From an uncultured virus (IMG/VR IMGVR_UViG_3300036766_002285) (taxonomy: Duplodnaviria > Heunggongvirae > Uroviricota > Caudoviricetes), in the IMG/VR virus record IMGVR_UViG_3300036766_002285: a stretch of 64,000 nt of DNA. The stretch is one strand, 5' to 3'. Position 1 is the stretch's first letter. Every line of letters begins with the position of its first letter. Both the position numbers and the translations under genes were made by a program. Below the pieces are notes generated by a model. It ran no database searches, was not told where the DNA came from, and worked only from the letters and a program-made list of their open reading frames with translations. Positions 28,531-38,136 of this stretch are shown piece by piece.

Positions 28531-29620
28531 CCGCAATATTTTTAGCTGCATTCACATCAGCGTTCTCTGCATGTTCGCACAATAAACACTCAAATTCCGC
28601 TTGGCTCTTGCGGTTCTTGGTGTCAGTGAAAGTGCAAACATTGCAGCGTATAGATGTGTTTACAGGGTTTATTTTTTCTAAACGGTCACCTATTTTATCT
28701 TGGAATCTTCTGTCACATCGACCCCAACCATTCTTTCGAATTTCTCTATTTAATCCAGACTTGGCTTTAACGTTCTTACCTGGGTTAGTAAGAGTACCTT
28801 TGGCAGATTTGGTCATATTCTTTATTTTTAGATTCTCGATTCTGATTATATCAAAGCTGCCAGCAAGTCTGGTAGTCAGTTTTTCAACTGCATCGATGCT
28901 GCGGTTTACTCTACGATGTTCAAGTTTGCTAATCAGTAGCTTGGTTTTCTTGTGCCTGTTAGATCCAGGTTTTTGACGGGACAGTTTACGTTTAAGGTGT
29001 AACATCCTTTGTTGTTCTACTGCACTAAGTCCAGGAATTTTGACCACTTCACCAGTACTCATTGTAAATGACTGGGCTACACCTCTATCTATACCCACAA
29101 TTTTTCCATTACCTGGAGCTGGGATAGGTTTAGGGATTACTGCAAATGCTATCCACCAGCATCCAGCTCGATCTAAAGTTACTCGATATGACTTAATGGC
29201 ACCTGGGTTTCTGGTCCAACGCCAGTCTACCCAACCTATTTTGGGGATATTTACTCTAGCACGTTTACGTGACATGCGCTCAAAGCGTTTTGCAGCAAGG
29301 CCAACAATACGGAAACCTTCATTGTGGCCAGCTTTACGAAAGGTTGGATGCCCATGAGTACCATTATGCCAGTTTCTAAATCCTTGATCCAAATCTCGAA
29401 GAGCTTGCTGTTGTACTATATAAACACCTTCTTTGAGCCAGGAGTCTTTACGAACCTCTGTAAGTTGAGCAGACTGGGCATTGTAATTAGGGGTAGGACC
29501 GAACGCTTTACGATACATATTGCGTTGCTCTAGACCCATGTTGTATACGTAACGAGCATGACCACAATGTTCTAATAGAAGAATTTCTTGAGTTTTGGTA
29601 GGATAGAGACGGAATTTCAT
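28451..29620 (-). CDS. tnpB: IS200/IS605-type TnpB, lineage A copy 1 (intact)
   Basis: MKFRLYPT HTH; RuvC GIDRG / IRIENL / NADVNAA; Zn finger. Confidence 0.95.
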   Translation of the reverse strand: MKFRLYPTKTQEILLLEHCGHARYVYNMGLEQRNMYRKAFGPTPNYNAQSAQLTEVRKDSWLKEGVYIVQQQALRDLDQGFRNWHNGTHGHPTFRKAGHNEGFRIVGLAAKRFERMSRKRARVNIPKIGWVDWRWTRNPGAIKSYRVTLDRAGCWWIAFAVIPKPIPAPGNGKIVGIDRGVAQSFTMSTGEVVKIPGLSAVEQQRMLHLKRKLSRQKPGSNRHKKTKLLISKLEHRRVNRSIDAVEKLTTRLAGSFDIIRIENLKIKNMTKSAKGTLTNPGKNVKAKSGLNREIRKNGWGRCDRRFQDKIGDRLEKINPVNTSIRCNVCTFTDTKNRKSQAEFECLLCEHAENADVNAAKNIAAGHVVFSRGGLELSRPVSRVPQLLLQ

Positions 29621-29685
29621 GTAGTTATAGTATCGGTACTAGTTTTCCTAATAGCAGTCTGGCCAGTCTAGCTAATCCAAAACTG

Positions 29686-30168
29686 CTATATGTAGGGCGG
29701 ACCAACAACTTTATACAAAATAGCGTACAGATCTCGTCTGTCAAATATTGTTTGTAAGTAGGACACTATTAAAGAATTCGGCTGAAAAGCTCTGCGTTCG
29801 CCTGGACCGTATTGTTCCGACGGTCTAGCTTTATACAAAGCCCTCAAAGCCGTTTCGGCGTCCACACCCTTTGCTATCATAATTCCCCACGCACATGCTG
29901 TACTGCGAGAAATCCCAGCCGCGCAGTGAACTATCATCGATCCCTCTTGAGCTGCACCCCACTCAATGAGGGCTCTAATCTGGCCTAAAGTGGGCGCTCG
30001 TTCATCATCTGGGTCTGTGGTATCTTTAAAAGTTTCTATAAAATGATTGGGATGTTCAAACCATTCAACATCACAACGTGGAGGACCAGCTGTAACTAAT
30101 GCGTCGTATTCAAAAGCACAGATATATACCTCATCAATACCTAAAACTACCGGTGTTTGGAAACTCAT
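29686..30168 (-). CDS. Protein-tyrosine/dual-specificity phosphatase-like protein
   Basis: HCAAGISRS P-loop. Confidence 0.85.
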   Translation of the reverse strand: MSFQTPVVLGIDEVYICAFEYDALVTAGPPRCDVEWFEHPNHFIETFKDTTDPDDERAPTLGQIRALIEWGAAQEGSMIVHCAAGISRSTACAWGIMIAKGVDAETALRALYKARPSEQYGPGERRAFQPNSLIVSYLQTIFDRRDLYAILYKVVGPPYI

Positions 30169-30215
30169 ATTTGATCCTTTAATATAGTAATGTTAATCAA
30201 GACTAGCGACCTCAT

Positions 30216-30683
30216 TCATCCATCCATTCTATAGTCTTGTCTACGCGCATCTTCAACATCATCATTAAGTTGCACAATTGTGTCTTTAAACATTTTGAGC
30301 TGCACTCGCGCCCTATCGCCGATATCATCGTGGTCAGAACCATGTTCTTCTGAGCTTCTAATGTATTCCTCAATACACTGCACAATCGCGCTGCTTTCTG
30401 GAACTCCTTGTTCTTTCTCAAATTTTGCCACAGTTTCTGCTTCTTCTAGATCTATTTGTGCTTGTGACGGTCTTTCTATGAGCTCAAGTTCGTCTTCGTC
30501 AAATGCATCGCGCATTATAGAAGTCCCCATCGGCAAATCAACGCTGATATTCTTTTTGTCACCCCGCCACGCCTGGTATGCATCAGTTACGATACCTACA
30601 ACATCATATCTTGAATTATTTTTATATTTTAACGGCCGCACCCTGTCTCTTACTTGAAATTTTCTTGATGTATTACTGCTCAT
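30216..30683 (-). CDS. Hypothetical protein with SH3-like N-terminus
   Basis: KFQVRDRV...FDEDELEL; ATG 2 nt after the tnpB right end. Confidence 0.65.
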   Translation of the reverse strand: MSSNTSRKFQVRDRVRPLKYKNNSRYDVVGIVTDAYQAWRGDKKNISVDLPMGTSIMRDAFDEDELELIERPSQAQIDLEEAETVAKFEKEQGVPESSAIVQCIEEYIRSSEEHGSDHDDIGDRARVQLKMFKDTIVQLNDDVEDARRQDYRMDG

Positions 30684-30685
30684 CT

Positions 30686-30815
30686 TTGACATCCTCCATA
30701 TTATCTACCATTGTGGCGATTCTAAGGATTCCAGCTACTATTGTAGTAGTAACTGAGGTTTGCTGCTCACAGGCTTGGGTAAACCTAAGCCTCCCCGCGA
30801 AAATACGACGTGTTC
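30686..30815 (-). ncRNA. Putative omegaRNA 3' scaffold / right end, lineage A copy 2
   Basis: Same scaffold ending GGAGGATGTCAA; terminal hairpin differs. Confidence 0.72.
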
Positions 30816-31906
30816 TGCTGCGATATTCTTTGCTGCATTCACATCAGCGTTCTCTGCGTGTTCGCACAATAAACACTCAAATTCCGCTTGGCTCTTGCGG
30901 TTTTTGGTGTTTGTATAAGTGCAAACATTACAGCGTATAGATGTGTTTACAGAACTTACTTTTTCTAAACGGTTACCTACTTTATCTTGAAATCTTCTGT
31001 CAGATCGACCCCAGCCATTCTTTAGAATTTCTCTAGTTAATCCAGACTTGGCTTTGACATTTGTGCCTGGATTTAAGATAGTACCTTTAGCAGATTTGGT
31101 CATATTCTTTACTTTAAGGTCCTCGATTCTAATTATATCAAAGCTGCCAGCAAGCCTGGTGGTCATTTTTCGACTGCATCTTTACAACGGTTTATTCTAC
31201 GATGCTCAAGTTTGCTAATCATTAGTTTGGTTTTCTTGTGATTGTTAGATCCGGGTACTTGGCGGGACAGTTTACGTTTAAGATGTAGCATTCTCCTCTG
31301 TTCGACTACACTAAGTCCAGGAATTTTAACCATTTCACCTGTACTCAATACAAATGACTGAGCTACACCTCTATCTACACCTACAATTTTACCGTTACCT
31401 GGAGCTGGAATAGGTTTAGGGATGACTGCAAAAGATATCCACCAGCGGCCAGCCCGGTCTAAAGTTACTCGATATGATTTAATATCACCTGGATCACAGC
31501 TCCAACGCCAATCAACCCAACCTATTTTAGGAATATTTACTCTAGCACGTTTACGATTCATGCGCTCGAAACGTTTAGCTTCTTTACCTATAATACGGAA
31601 ACCTTCATTAAGGCCGGCTTTACGAAAAGTTGGGTGCCCGTGAGTACCTTTCCACCAATTTTTAAATGCTTGATCTAGATCACGGAGAGCTTGTTGCTGT
31701 ATTATAGCAGAACCCTCTTTAAGCCAGGAATCTTTTCGGGCTTCTGTAAGCTGCGCAGACTGAGCATTATAGCTAGGAGTAGGACCGAACTCTTTACGAT
31801 ACATGTTGCGTTGCTCTAAACCCACGTTATATACGTAACGAGCATGTCTACAATGCTCTAGGAGAAGAATTTCTTGGATTTGAGTAGGATAGAGACGAAA
31901 TTTCAT
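30738..31906 (-). pseudogene. tnpB: TnpB lineage A copy 2, 1-bp frameshift
   Basis: ORFs 31163-31906 and 30738-31166 join if one base is restored at the A5 run (T5 at 31166-31170). Confidence 0.88.
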
Positions 31907-32052
31907 GTATTAACAGTATCGGTACTTAATAGCTATAACTAGAATACTATAGTAAGATATTGTGCTATAAATAATAGCGTAAATGCCAGTATCAGTTGTT
32001 TGAAGGGAAGTCCTGCTGAAAATAGGAGATTTGGTAAATGCATGATCGCTGT

Positions 32053-32223
32053 CTATGGCATTATAGTATCTAATAAAATTGCATCCGTAAAATCTGCGTC
32101 CAAAATATTGGCATCCGAAAAGTTCGCCCTTGTTAGATCAGCTTGTTTAAACTTTACTTTAGATAGATTTGCCTCTATAAAACGAGCCCCTCGCAAGTTT
32201 GTGCAACTAAAGTCAGCAAATCT
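32053..32223 (-). pseudogene. C-terminal fragment of a pentapeptide-repeat gene
   Basis: RFADFSCTNLRGARFIEANLSK...ILLDTIMP; no N-terminus. Confidence 0.7.
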
Positions 32224-32790
32224 AACACAAGCAGTTCTTAAAGATGCTGCTGTCATAGGCGGAGATCTTACCGGAGCAAATTTTAATCAAGCTAATCTTG
32301 CTCGTGCAAATCTACATAGCGCAGTCCTAAGAAGTGCTATTTTAACTAATGCTACTATGGATGGCACCTCGCTAACTGGAGCAGATCTAAGTAGAGCAGA
32401 TCTTTCCCAGGCACAGCTGCCCAAGGTTAATTTAGAAAGAGCTAATTTATCCCACGTTTTACTAGAAGGAACCAGTTACAACAAGCAAATCTAAGCAATG
32501 CCAATCTGATGAGTTCAAATTGTAAGTTTGCAGATTTCCAAGGTTCAAACATGAGAAAATTAAAGGCGACTGGAGCTAATTTTTCTGAGGGTTCCTTAGC
32601 TGACGCAGATTTAAGTTTAGCCGTTTTGAGTCTAGCTGTGCTGGTTAATACAGATCTACAAAGAGCCGATTTGAGCGGCCGCGACTTATCTAGAGCGGAT
32701 CTAACCGTAGCTGACGTAACTGGTGCTAATATGACTAATACCTACCTAAACAAAGCTAATACTGTAGGTATTATTGGGTTACGTAACTAG
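32216..32790 (+). pseudogene. 5'-truncated, frameshifted pentapeptide-repeat gene
   Basis: ANLTQ repeats begin abruptly at 32216; 1-bp loss near 32476 links to ORF 32509-32790. Confidence 0.75.
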
Positions 32791-32849
32791 AAACAAATTA
32801 TTCCCTCAAGCTTCAAGCATGTGAGGTGCAATTCCGGATTATAGTAGAT

Positions 32850-33596
32850 ATGAAGCATACTTTTGGTATTAACAAAACTGTTGTTTTCATTTGTGTCTCT
32901 GTTCTTTTGGCATTATTTCTTGTATCTCGCGTCAACACTAAAGGTGATACCATAATATCTAGTGCAGTTACTAATGGTGTTACTATTCAAGCTACAGGAA
33001 CAGCATTTGCAATACCCGATGCTGTAAAAATATATTTCACGGTTTCCGCAAAAGCTGCCACCTCGAGTGCAGCTTTAGATGAGACCTCCACAGTTGCTGA
33101 CAAGATTAGAGAAGTTTTGAATGATAGTGATGTAAAAGAAAAAGACATTGCGACTCAAACAGTTAGCGTGTATCCTGAGTATGTCTACCCACAAGATGGA
33201 GTCCAGACCCTAGAGGGGTATCGCGCTACTCAAAGTTTTGAAGTTCTAATCCGCAAAGCCGATTCCGCGGGCGCCGTTTTAGATGATATAGTTAAAGTTG
33301 GCGGGGATCTAGTACAAATAAGCAGTGTGACTTCTGTAGTTCTTGAAACATCCAAAGCTGCAATCGCTGCCCGCGAGGATGCTGTATCTAATGCTCTTAT
33401 TAAAGCGGAAAGTTATGCTAAATTGCTGGATGCACAATTAGGGCAAATAGAGTTTATTACGGAGACTTCTTCCCCATATAGTGGACCTGGGATATTTGAA
33501 GGTGCAGTTAGTTCGGACAGTAAAACACCAACCCAAATAGACTTAGGTGAACAACAAATTACAGTTACCATTGAAGTCCGCTGGGCATTGAAATAA
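32850..33596 (+). CDS. SIMPL (DUF541) domain protein
   Basis: TM segment; VTIQATGTAFAIPD, DIATQTVSVYPEY, AREDAVSNA..KAESYA, GEQQITVTIEV.W. Confidence 0.88.
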   Translation: MKHTFGINKTVVFICVSVLLALFLVSRVNTKGDTIISSAVTNGVTIQATGTAFAIPDAVKIYFTVSAKAATSSAALDETSTVADKIREVLNDSDVKEKDIATQTVSVYPEYVYPQDGVQTLEGYRATQSFEVLIRKADSAGAVLDDIVKVGGDLVQISSVTSVVLETSKAAIAAREDAVSNALIKAESYAKLLDAQLGQIEFITETSSPYSGPGIFEGAVSSDSKTPTQIDLGEQQITVTIEVRWALK

Positions 33597-33640
33597 TACC
33601 TATTATTTGCTTTTTATAGTTATGCAGTTACAGTACTATG

Positions 33641-33710
33641 CAAGGCGGATTCCTCTCAGCATAGTGTAATGCTTTATCGCCTACACATGCTAGGGGGCCG
33701 CCACTATTTT
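33641..33710 (+). ncRNA. Putative small hairpin RNA
   Basis: GGCGG/CCGCC, TTCCT/AGGGG, AGCAT/ATGCT and GTGTA/TACAC stems; TTGCTT-16-TACAGT upstream. Confidence 0.45.
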
Positions 33711-33773
33711 ATCATAATTATTGTAATATCTTGCCTATATAGCAATGTCCCACACAATATAGAGTATATTATT

Positions 33774-34829
33774 ATGATCCAACATCAAATTAAACTCAGA
33801 CTTAAATCAAAACAAGAAAAACAGCTGAACGATTGGCTGTTTTATCTTACCGGAGTCTATAACTGGGCTGTCCGTAAAATTGAGCAAGATGCTAAATATG
33901 GTATTTATTACACGCGCTACGATTTCATAAATCTTCTCGCTGGCCACGGTAAAAAGATGGGTATCCCAAGCCATACTATGCAGGGTATATTAGATACGGT
34001 CTTCACTGCATGGCAACGCTGTTTCAAAAAACTTGGTGGTAAACCTAAACTGAAAAGTAATCGCCGTAAACTTAATTCCATACCATTCCCAGACCCTATT
34101 AGTGCTCCTGTTGGTAATTACATTAAATTGCCTGGTATAGGTCAAGTACGTTTTCATAAACAAACTCTTCCCGTAGGTAAAATTAAATGTGGTCGAATAA
34201 TTAAACAGGCTTCCGGTTGGTATTTATGCTTATTTATTGACGCCAAAAGAGCTCCTATTGAACGTAAAGTTTTTGGTGAAATAGGTATCGACCCTGGATA
34301 TATAAACCTGCTAACCTTATCTACCGGGGAGAAGATTCCTCATCCAAAAGAACTAGAGAACTCTGCTATACGTCTAGGACAAGCTCAACGTGGTGGCAAT
34401 ACTAAACTAGTAGCTCGGATTAGTGAAAAGATCAAGAACCAACGTAAAGATCGTAACCATAAGACATCTTATCGGTTGGTACAAGAAAATTCTTTAATAG
34501 CATTCTCTAAAGATAACCATATAAAGATAGCAAAAAAGTTAGGAAAGTCTGTGGCTTCAGCAAGTCACGGGGAACTTCGTAAACAACTCGCATACAAGAG
34601 CCTTGCCGGCGGTACGCGCTATATCGAAGTTCCTTCTAAGAATTCCACTCGTACATGTTCAACCTGTGGGGCGCTATCTGGCCCTACAGGCTTTAGCATG
34701 CTGACAGTAAGGCATTGGAAGTGTGATTGTGGAATCACTCATGACCGCGATATTAACGCGGCTGTGAACACTCTAATGCTGGGCCTGGTGCAGGCCTCGA
34801 ATTTTAAAGAGTTATCTCTAGTTAGGTAA
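33774..34829 (+). CDS. tnpB: TnpB lineage B copy 2 (intact frame, atypical RuvC-II)
   Basis: Start MIQHQIKLRL by alignment with copy 1; GIDPG, IAFSKDN, CSTCG, HDRDINAA. Confidence 0.9.
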   Translation: MIQHQIKLRLKSKQEKQLNDWLFYLTGVYNWAVRKIEQDAKYGIYYTRYDFINLLAGHGKKMGIPSHTMQGILDTVFTAWQRCFKKLGGKPKLKSNRRKLNSIPFPDPISAPVGNYIKLPGIGQVRFHKQTLPVGKIKCGRIIKQASGWYLCLFIDAKRAPIERKVFGEIGIDPGYINLLTLSTGEKIPHPKELENSAIRLGQAQRGGNTKLVARISEKIKNQRKDRNHKTSYRLVQENSLIAFSKDNHIKIAKKLGKSVASASHGELRKQLAYKSLAGGTRYIEVPSKNSTRTCSTCGALSGPTGFSMLTVRHWKCDCGITHDRDINAAVNTLMLGLVQASNFKELSLVR

Positions 34830-34871
34830 TTCTTCCGAAATCTTTGCAGATAAATCTGTGAAGAGGTTCAA
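34775..34871 (+). ncRNA. Putative omegaRNA 3' scaffold / right end, lineage B copy 2
   Basis: CCGAAAT-CTTTGCAGAT-AA-ATCTGTGAAG-AGGTTCAA; 5' boundary uncertain. Confidence 0.7.
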
Positions 34872-34964
34872 ATTTGGGTAATTAATCGTTTAATTGCGGC
34901 TATTGACAGGGCAACTACTTTTACGCTACAATCCTTAGTAAACAAGTACACTACGGGCATTTAA
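34872..34964 (+). repeat. 93-bp copy of the last 31 codons of gene 35040-35435, at the guide position
   Basis: Matches 35343-35435 with 6 mismatches. Confidence 0.95.
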
Positions 34965-35039
34965 ATTTACGTCTGGAGTCGCCGGATTCATCATTTGTGA
35001 CCCGGGTTTTTCCGCCGGATAGCGCCAATAGTACTCCAC

Positions 35040-35435
35040 ATGGAACAACTTATTCCGATTATTGATAATGATTTTCTTAGTGCTGTTGCAGATAAGCTAT
35101 CTCTTCGCCTAGTAAATCCATCTAAGTATGTTATTGCATCAGGTGAACGCCATGGAAGTTTATTTATTAGTGCAGCCTGGACACAAGATGATATCACCAA
35201 AGACGCTACAATTTCTTTTACTAGCAGTAGTAAAGCCGGCACTATGTTTGTAATAACTGTCACAGCTTCAGGGTCAACAAATACTCATTGGTTTAAAAAA
35301 GATCTCTTAGACGCTAGGCGTGCTCCAGCACAAATATCTGAAGTCTGGGTAATTAATCGTTTAATTGCGGCTATTGATAGGGCAACTACTTTTACGCTAC
35401 AATCCTTAGTAAACAAGTACACTACCGGCATCTAG
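35040..35435 (+). CDS. Hypothetical protein (leaderless), distantly related to 35458
   Basis: GCGCCAATAGT ends 7 nt before the ATG; IT(V)TASGS...W motif. Confidence 0.75.
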   Translation: MEQLIPIIDNDFLSAVADKLSLRLVNPSKYVIASGERHGSLFISAAWTQDDITKDATISFTSSSKAGTMFVITVTASGSTNTHWFKKDLLDARRAPAQISEVWVINRLIAAIDRATTFTLQSLVNKYTTGI

Positions 35436-35457
35436 GATTGCAACTACAGTAGGAACT

Positions 35458-35934
35458 ATGTATAAAACAGAACAACCCGGCCACGCTAAGTTTGTGGGCC
35501 AACTCGCCTCTGATTTGGAAGAAACTTTAAGTGAAGTATATGGATATCATGTAGTTAATGGTATACGCGCAGACTCTCGCTATATTCAGATAAACTGGGA
35601 ACGTGACTATATGGATAGAACAGTCAAAGCAAGGTTTTTTCAAAACGACGAGGAGCTTCCAGCTAGAAAAGTGTTTTATGATATAGATGAGCTCCTTGCT
35701 GATCTAGATTCTCCAGATGACACCTCACGCACAGAAGTCACTGTATTAGAAACCTCTATCAGTTGTCCACGCATTTCTATTACAGCTTCAGGGTCTGCTC
35801 GCGGCCGCTGGTGTCAAGATGAGATACTAAACATAAAAGATTCGCGAACATTATCTTTACCAGAAGTATATGATTTTATTTTAAGAGCTGTTGCTCACGC
35901 AAATAAATTTACCGAAAATAGTCTGCACCTATGA
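35458..35934 (+). CDS. Hypothetical protein
   Basis: ISITASGSARGRW...RAV..A..FT resembles 35040. Confidence 0.7.
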   Translation: MYKTEQPGHAKFVGQLASDLEETLSEVYGYHVVNGIRADSRYIQINWERDYMDRTVKARFFQNDEELPARKVFYDIDELLADLDSPDDTSRTEVTVLETSISCPRISITASGSARGRWCQDEILNIKDSRTLSLPEVYDFILRAVAHANKFTENSLHL

Positions 35935-36335
35935 GCACTTGGACCCCGTCTCGAAGAAACCTAGCTGAGGTTCTTAAAGATATTCAGGCAGATTTTGTTC
36001 TAAAAGTTCATAGCGATGTTTGGATGATAGAAGATCTGGGTGACGACGACAGCTGGCACGTATTTACTCCTTATGTTTTAGATGATGGTGATGGTTTAGC
36101 TATTACATTAAAATATAAAAATAAGCAGTGGACTTTATCTGACGAAGCACACACCTATCTTGCCAGTTTTTTAGATATGGGCTTACCAAAATATCGTAAG
36201 CAGGTAGCCTCGATTTCAGCACAATATAACATTCAAGACGACAAGGGTAATCTTAAACTTCTTGTCAAAGACAATCAGTTTGGTGATGCTTTGTTTACTT
36301 TTACCCAAGCACTTTTAGCTATAGCGAATCTATAA
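35931..36335 (+). CDS. DUF1828-like protein
   Basis: VFTPYVLDDGDGLAI...WTLSDEAHT. Confidence 0.7.
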   Translation: MSTWTPSRRNLAEVLKDIQADFVLKVHSDVWMIEDLGDDDSWHVFTPYVLDDGDGLAITLKYKNKQWTLSDEAHTYLASFLDMGLPKYRKQVASISAQYNIQDDKGNLKLLVKDNQFGDALFTFTQALLAIANL

Positions 36336-36343
36336 TAAACACT

Positions 36344-36649
36344 ATGAGTATTGAAGAGGATTTCAAAGAGCTTACCAGAAAATGGTTGGAAGAGACAATG
36401 TTCTCTTCCAACACCCTAGATACCATTTTAAATGTGCACTATCAACAAATAATTTCTATTGGTAGAGGTGATCCAGAAATTCTTCGTCTTATTTTAGAAG
36501 ATCTTAAAATAACAGGAAACCACTGGTTTTACGCACTTTATATACTCACACAGGGTGCTGACCCAGCTGTGGATTGTCCTCCCGGCGACATGCGTGCAGT
36601 TCAGCAGGCGTGGCTAGCCTGGGGCCGCGAAAAGAAAATAATTAATTAA
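36344..36649 (+). CDS. Conserved hypothetical protein
   Basis: F.EL..KW.EET.FSS...HYQQII..G...HWF.AL..LT...AWLAWG pattern. Confidence 0.7.
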   Translation: MSIEEDFKELTRKWLEETMFSSNTLDTILNVHYQQIISIGRGDPEILRLILEDLKITGNHWFYALYILTQGADPAVDCPPGDMRAVQQAWLAWGREKKIIN

Positions 36650-36655
36650 GGTATT

Positions 36656-37633
36656 TTAGTTTTCCCGTACTTTTTGAGATAGAACCTTAGCTAAATTCTC
36701 TATAGCCGTTTTTTGCTTAGAAGTTAATTCACTAGGAACAACAATATCTACTGTCACAATTAAGTCACCAAAAACCTTATTTACTACTACTCCTTGTTTT
36801 CTTACGCGATGTCTGGACCCAGTCTGCGTTCCTGGTGCCAGTCGCAGGGTTACTCCAAGTCCATCCAAAGTTGGAACTTTTATATCTCCACCTAAAGCTG
36901 CCTCTGTAAAAGTGATAGGCACGCGCACTTTAAGATTTAAACCTTCTCGCTCAAATATTGGATGCGGCATTACTTTACACACTATATAGAGATCTCCAGG
37001 CTTCCCCCCATTATGGCCAACTTCCCCCCGGCCCGCTACTTTTATTCGTTGTCCGTCATCAACTCCAGCCGGGACCCGTATTTTCATATTTTGGTTACTA
37101 CTTGTCTTTCCGGTCCCCTTGCATGCTTTACATAAGCGTTCTCCTGTATTTGAACTAATGCCAGATCCGTGGCAGATACTGCATTGAGTATCAAATGCGA
37201 TCTCTAAGGTATTTAGCCCATGTATGGCATCAACAAAATCTAAAGTCACAGCTACTTCTATATCGCTGCCACGTATAGCACCAAAATTGTTACGTGTTTG
37301 CGCACCAAACAGATGAGAAAATAAGTCACTCATTTCATCACTATCCATATTAAAATTACTGGTTCTTGGTCCAGAAGTTCCGTTGCCATTATAGGGACTA
37401 TATCCAATTTGGCGAGCCTCGTCATATTCTTTGCGTTTCTCTGCATTACCCACCACATCATAGGCTTGACTGATTTCTTTGAACTTATCTTCGGATGCAG
37501 TTTTGTTAGGATTTACATCTGGATGAAACTTTTGGGCCAATTTCCTGTATGCTTTGGTTATTTCTTTATCAGTAGAATTGCTACTAACTCCAAGTATTTT
37601 ATAGTAGTCTTTTTCTAACCATTCACGCTGCAT
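36656..37633 (-). CDS. dnaJ: Chaperone DnaJ with shortened zinc-finger region
   Basis: [12 protein letters not shown], only two CxxCxGxG motifs, C-terminal domains. Confidence 0.93.
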   Translation of the reverse strand: MQREWLEKDYYKILGVSSNSTDKEITKAYRKLAQKFHPDVNPNKTASEDKFKEISQAYDVVGNAEKRKEYDEARQIGYSPYNGNGTSGPRTSNFNMDSDEMSDLFSHLFGAQTRNNFGAIRGSDIEVAVTLDFVDAIHGLNTLEIAFDTQCSICHGSGISSNTGERLCKACKGTGKTSSNQNMKIRVPAGVDDGQRIKVAGRGEVGHNGGKPGDLYIVCKVMPHPIFEREGLNLKVRVPITFTEAALGGDIKVPTLDGLGVTLRLAPGTQTGSRHRVRKQGVVVNKVFGDLIVTVDIVVPSELTSKQKTAIENLAKVLSQKVREN

Positions 37634-37635
37634 AA

Positions 37636-38118
37636 TTATCCCCGCACTTTCACGAGCGCTGCTCGCAGTACTTGGCCGCGAAAGCAGTAACCTGGTCTTA
37701 GAATTTCAGTAATTATACATTTGTCTGTTACGCCGGGCTCATGAATCATAGCCTGACTATAAGTCGGATCAAAAATTTTCCCTTTCAGATCAAGTGTCTC
37801 AAGACCCTGGGTTTGCAATGCTCCTAGTAACAATGCTCTGATTGGCTCTGCCTCAAGATTTCCATGAACAATTGCAGCATCAAGGGCATCTAAGGTTGGC
37901 AGCAAAGATTCAATGGTTCTCCCAGACCCTCGATCTATCTCCAGACCAGTCTGGCTAGCTATTCTTTTACGATAGTTCTCAAAGTCTGCTTGCAGTCTGA
38001 GGATACAATCACGTAGATCGTCTCGCTGCTTTAGCAGCTCTTCAGTGCTTTCTGTAATCGGGGCATTTTCTTGAAGATCTATAAATCCGCGTTCAAAAAT
38101 TTCTGCTTGTTCATCCAT
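37636..38118 (-). CDS. grpE: Nucleotide exchange factor GrpE
   Basis: [21 protein letters not shown]...LRAALVKV. Confidence 0.93.
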   Translation of the reverse strand: MDEQAEIFERGFIDLQENAPITESTEELLKQRDDLRDCILRLQADFENYRKRIASQTGLEIDRGSGRTIESLLPTLDALDAAIVHGNLEAEPIRALLLGALQTQGLETLDLKGKIFDPTYSQAMIHEPGVTDKCIITEILRPGYCFRGQVLRAALVKVRG

Positions 38119-38136
38119 AATATAGTCGTTTACGTT

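Noticed and set aside
32000..32494. 164-aa ORF as an intact gene
   Set aside because: Its first 70 codons are the antisense strand of another pentapeptide gene fragment.
33644..33703. tRNA gene (GGCGG...CCGCCA)
   Set aside because: Only 60 nt, a single long stem, and no T-loop or cloverleaf.
33669..33773. N-terminal extension of TnpB in the ORF track
   Set aside because: It crosses the hairpin and promoter, and homology to copy 1 begins at 33774.
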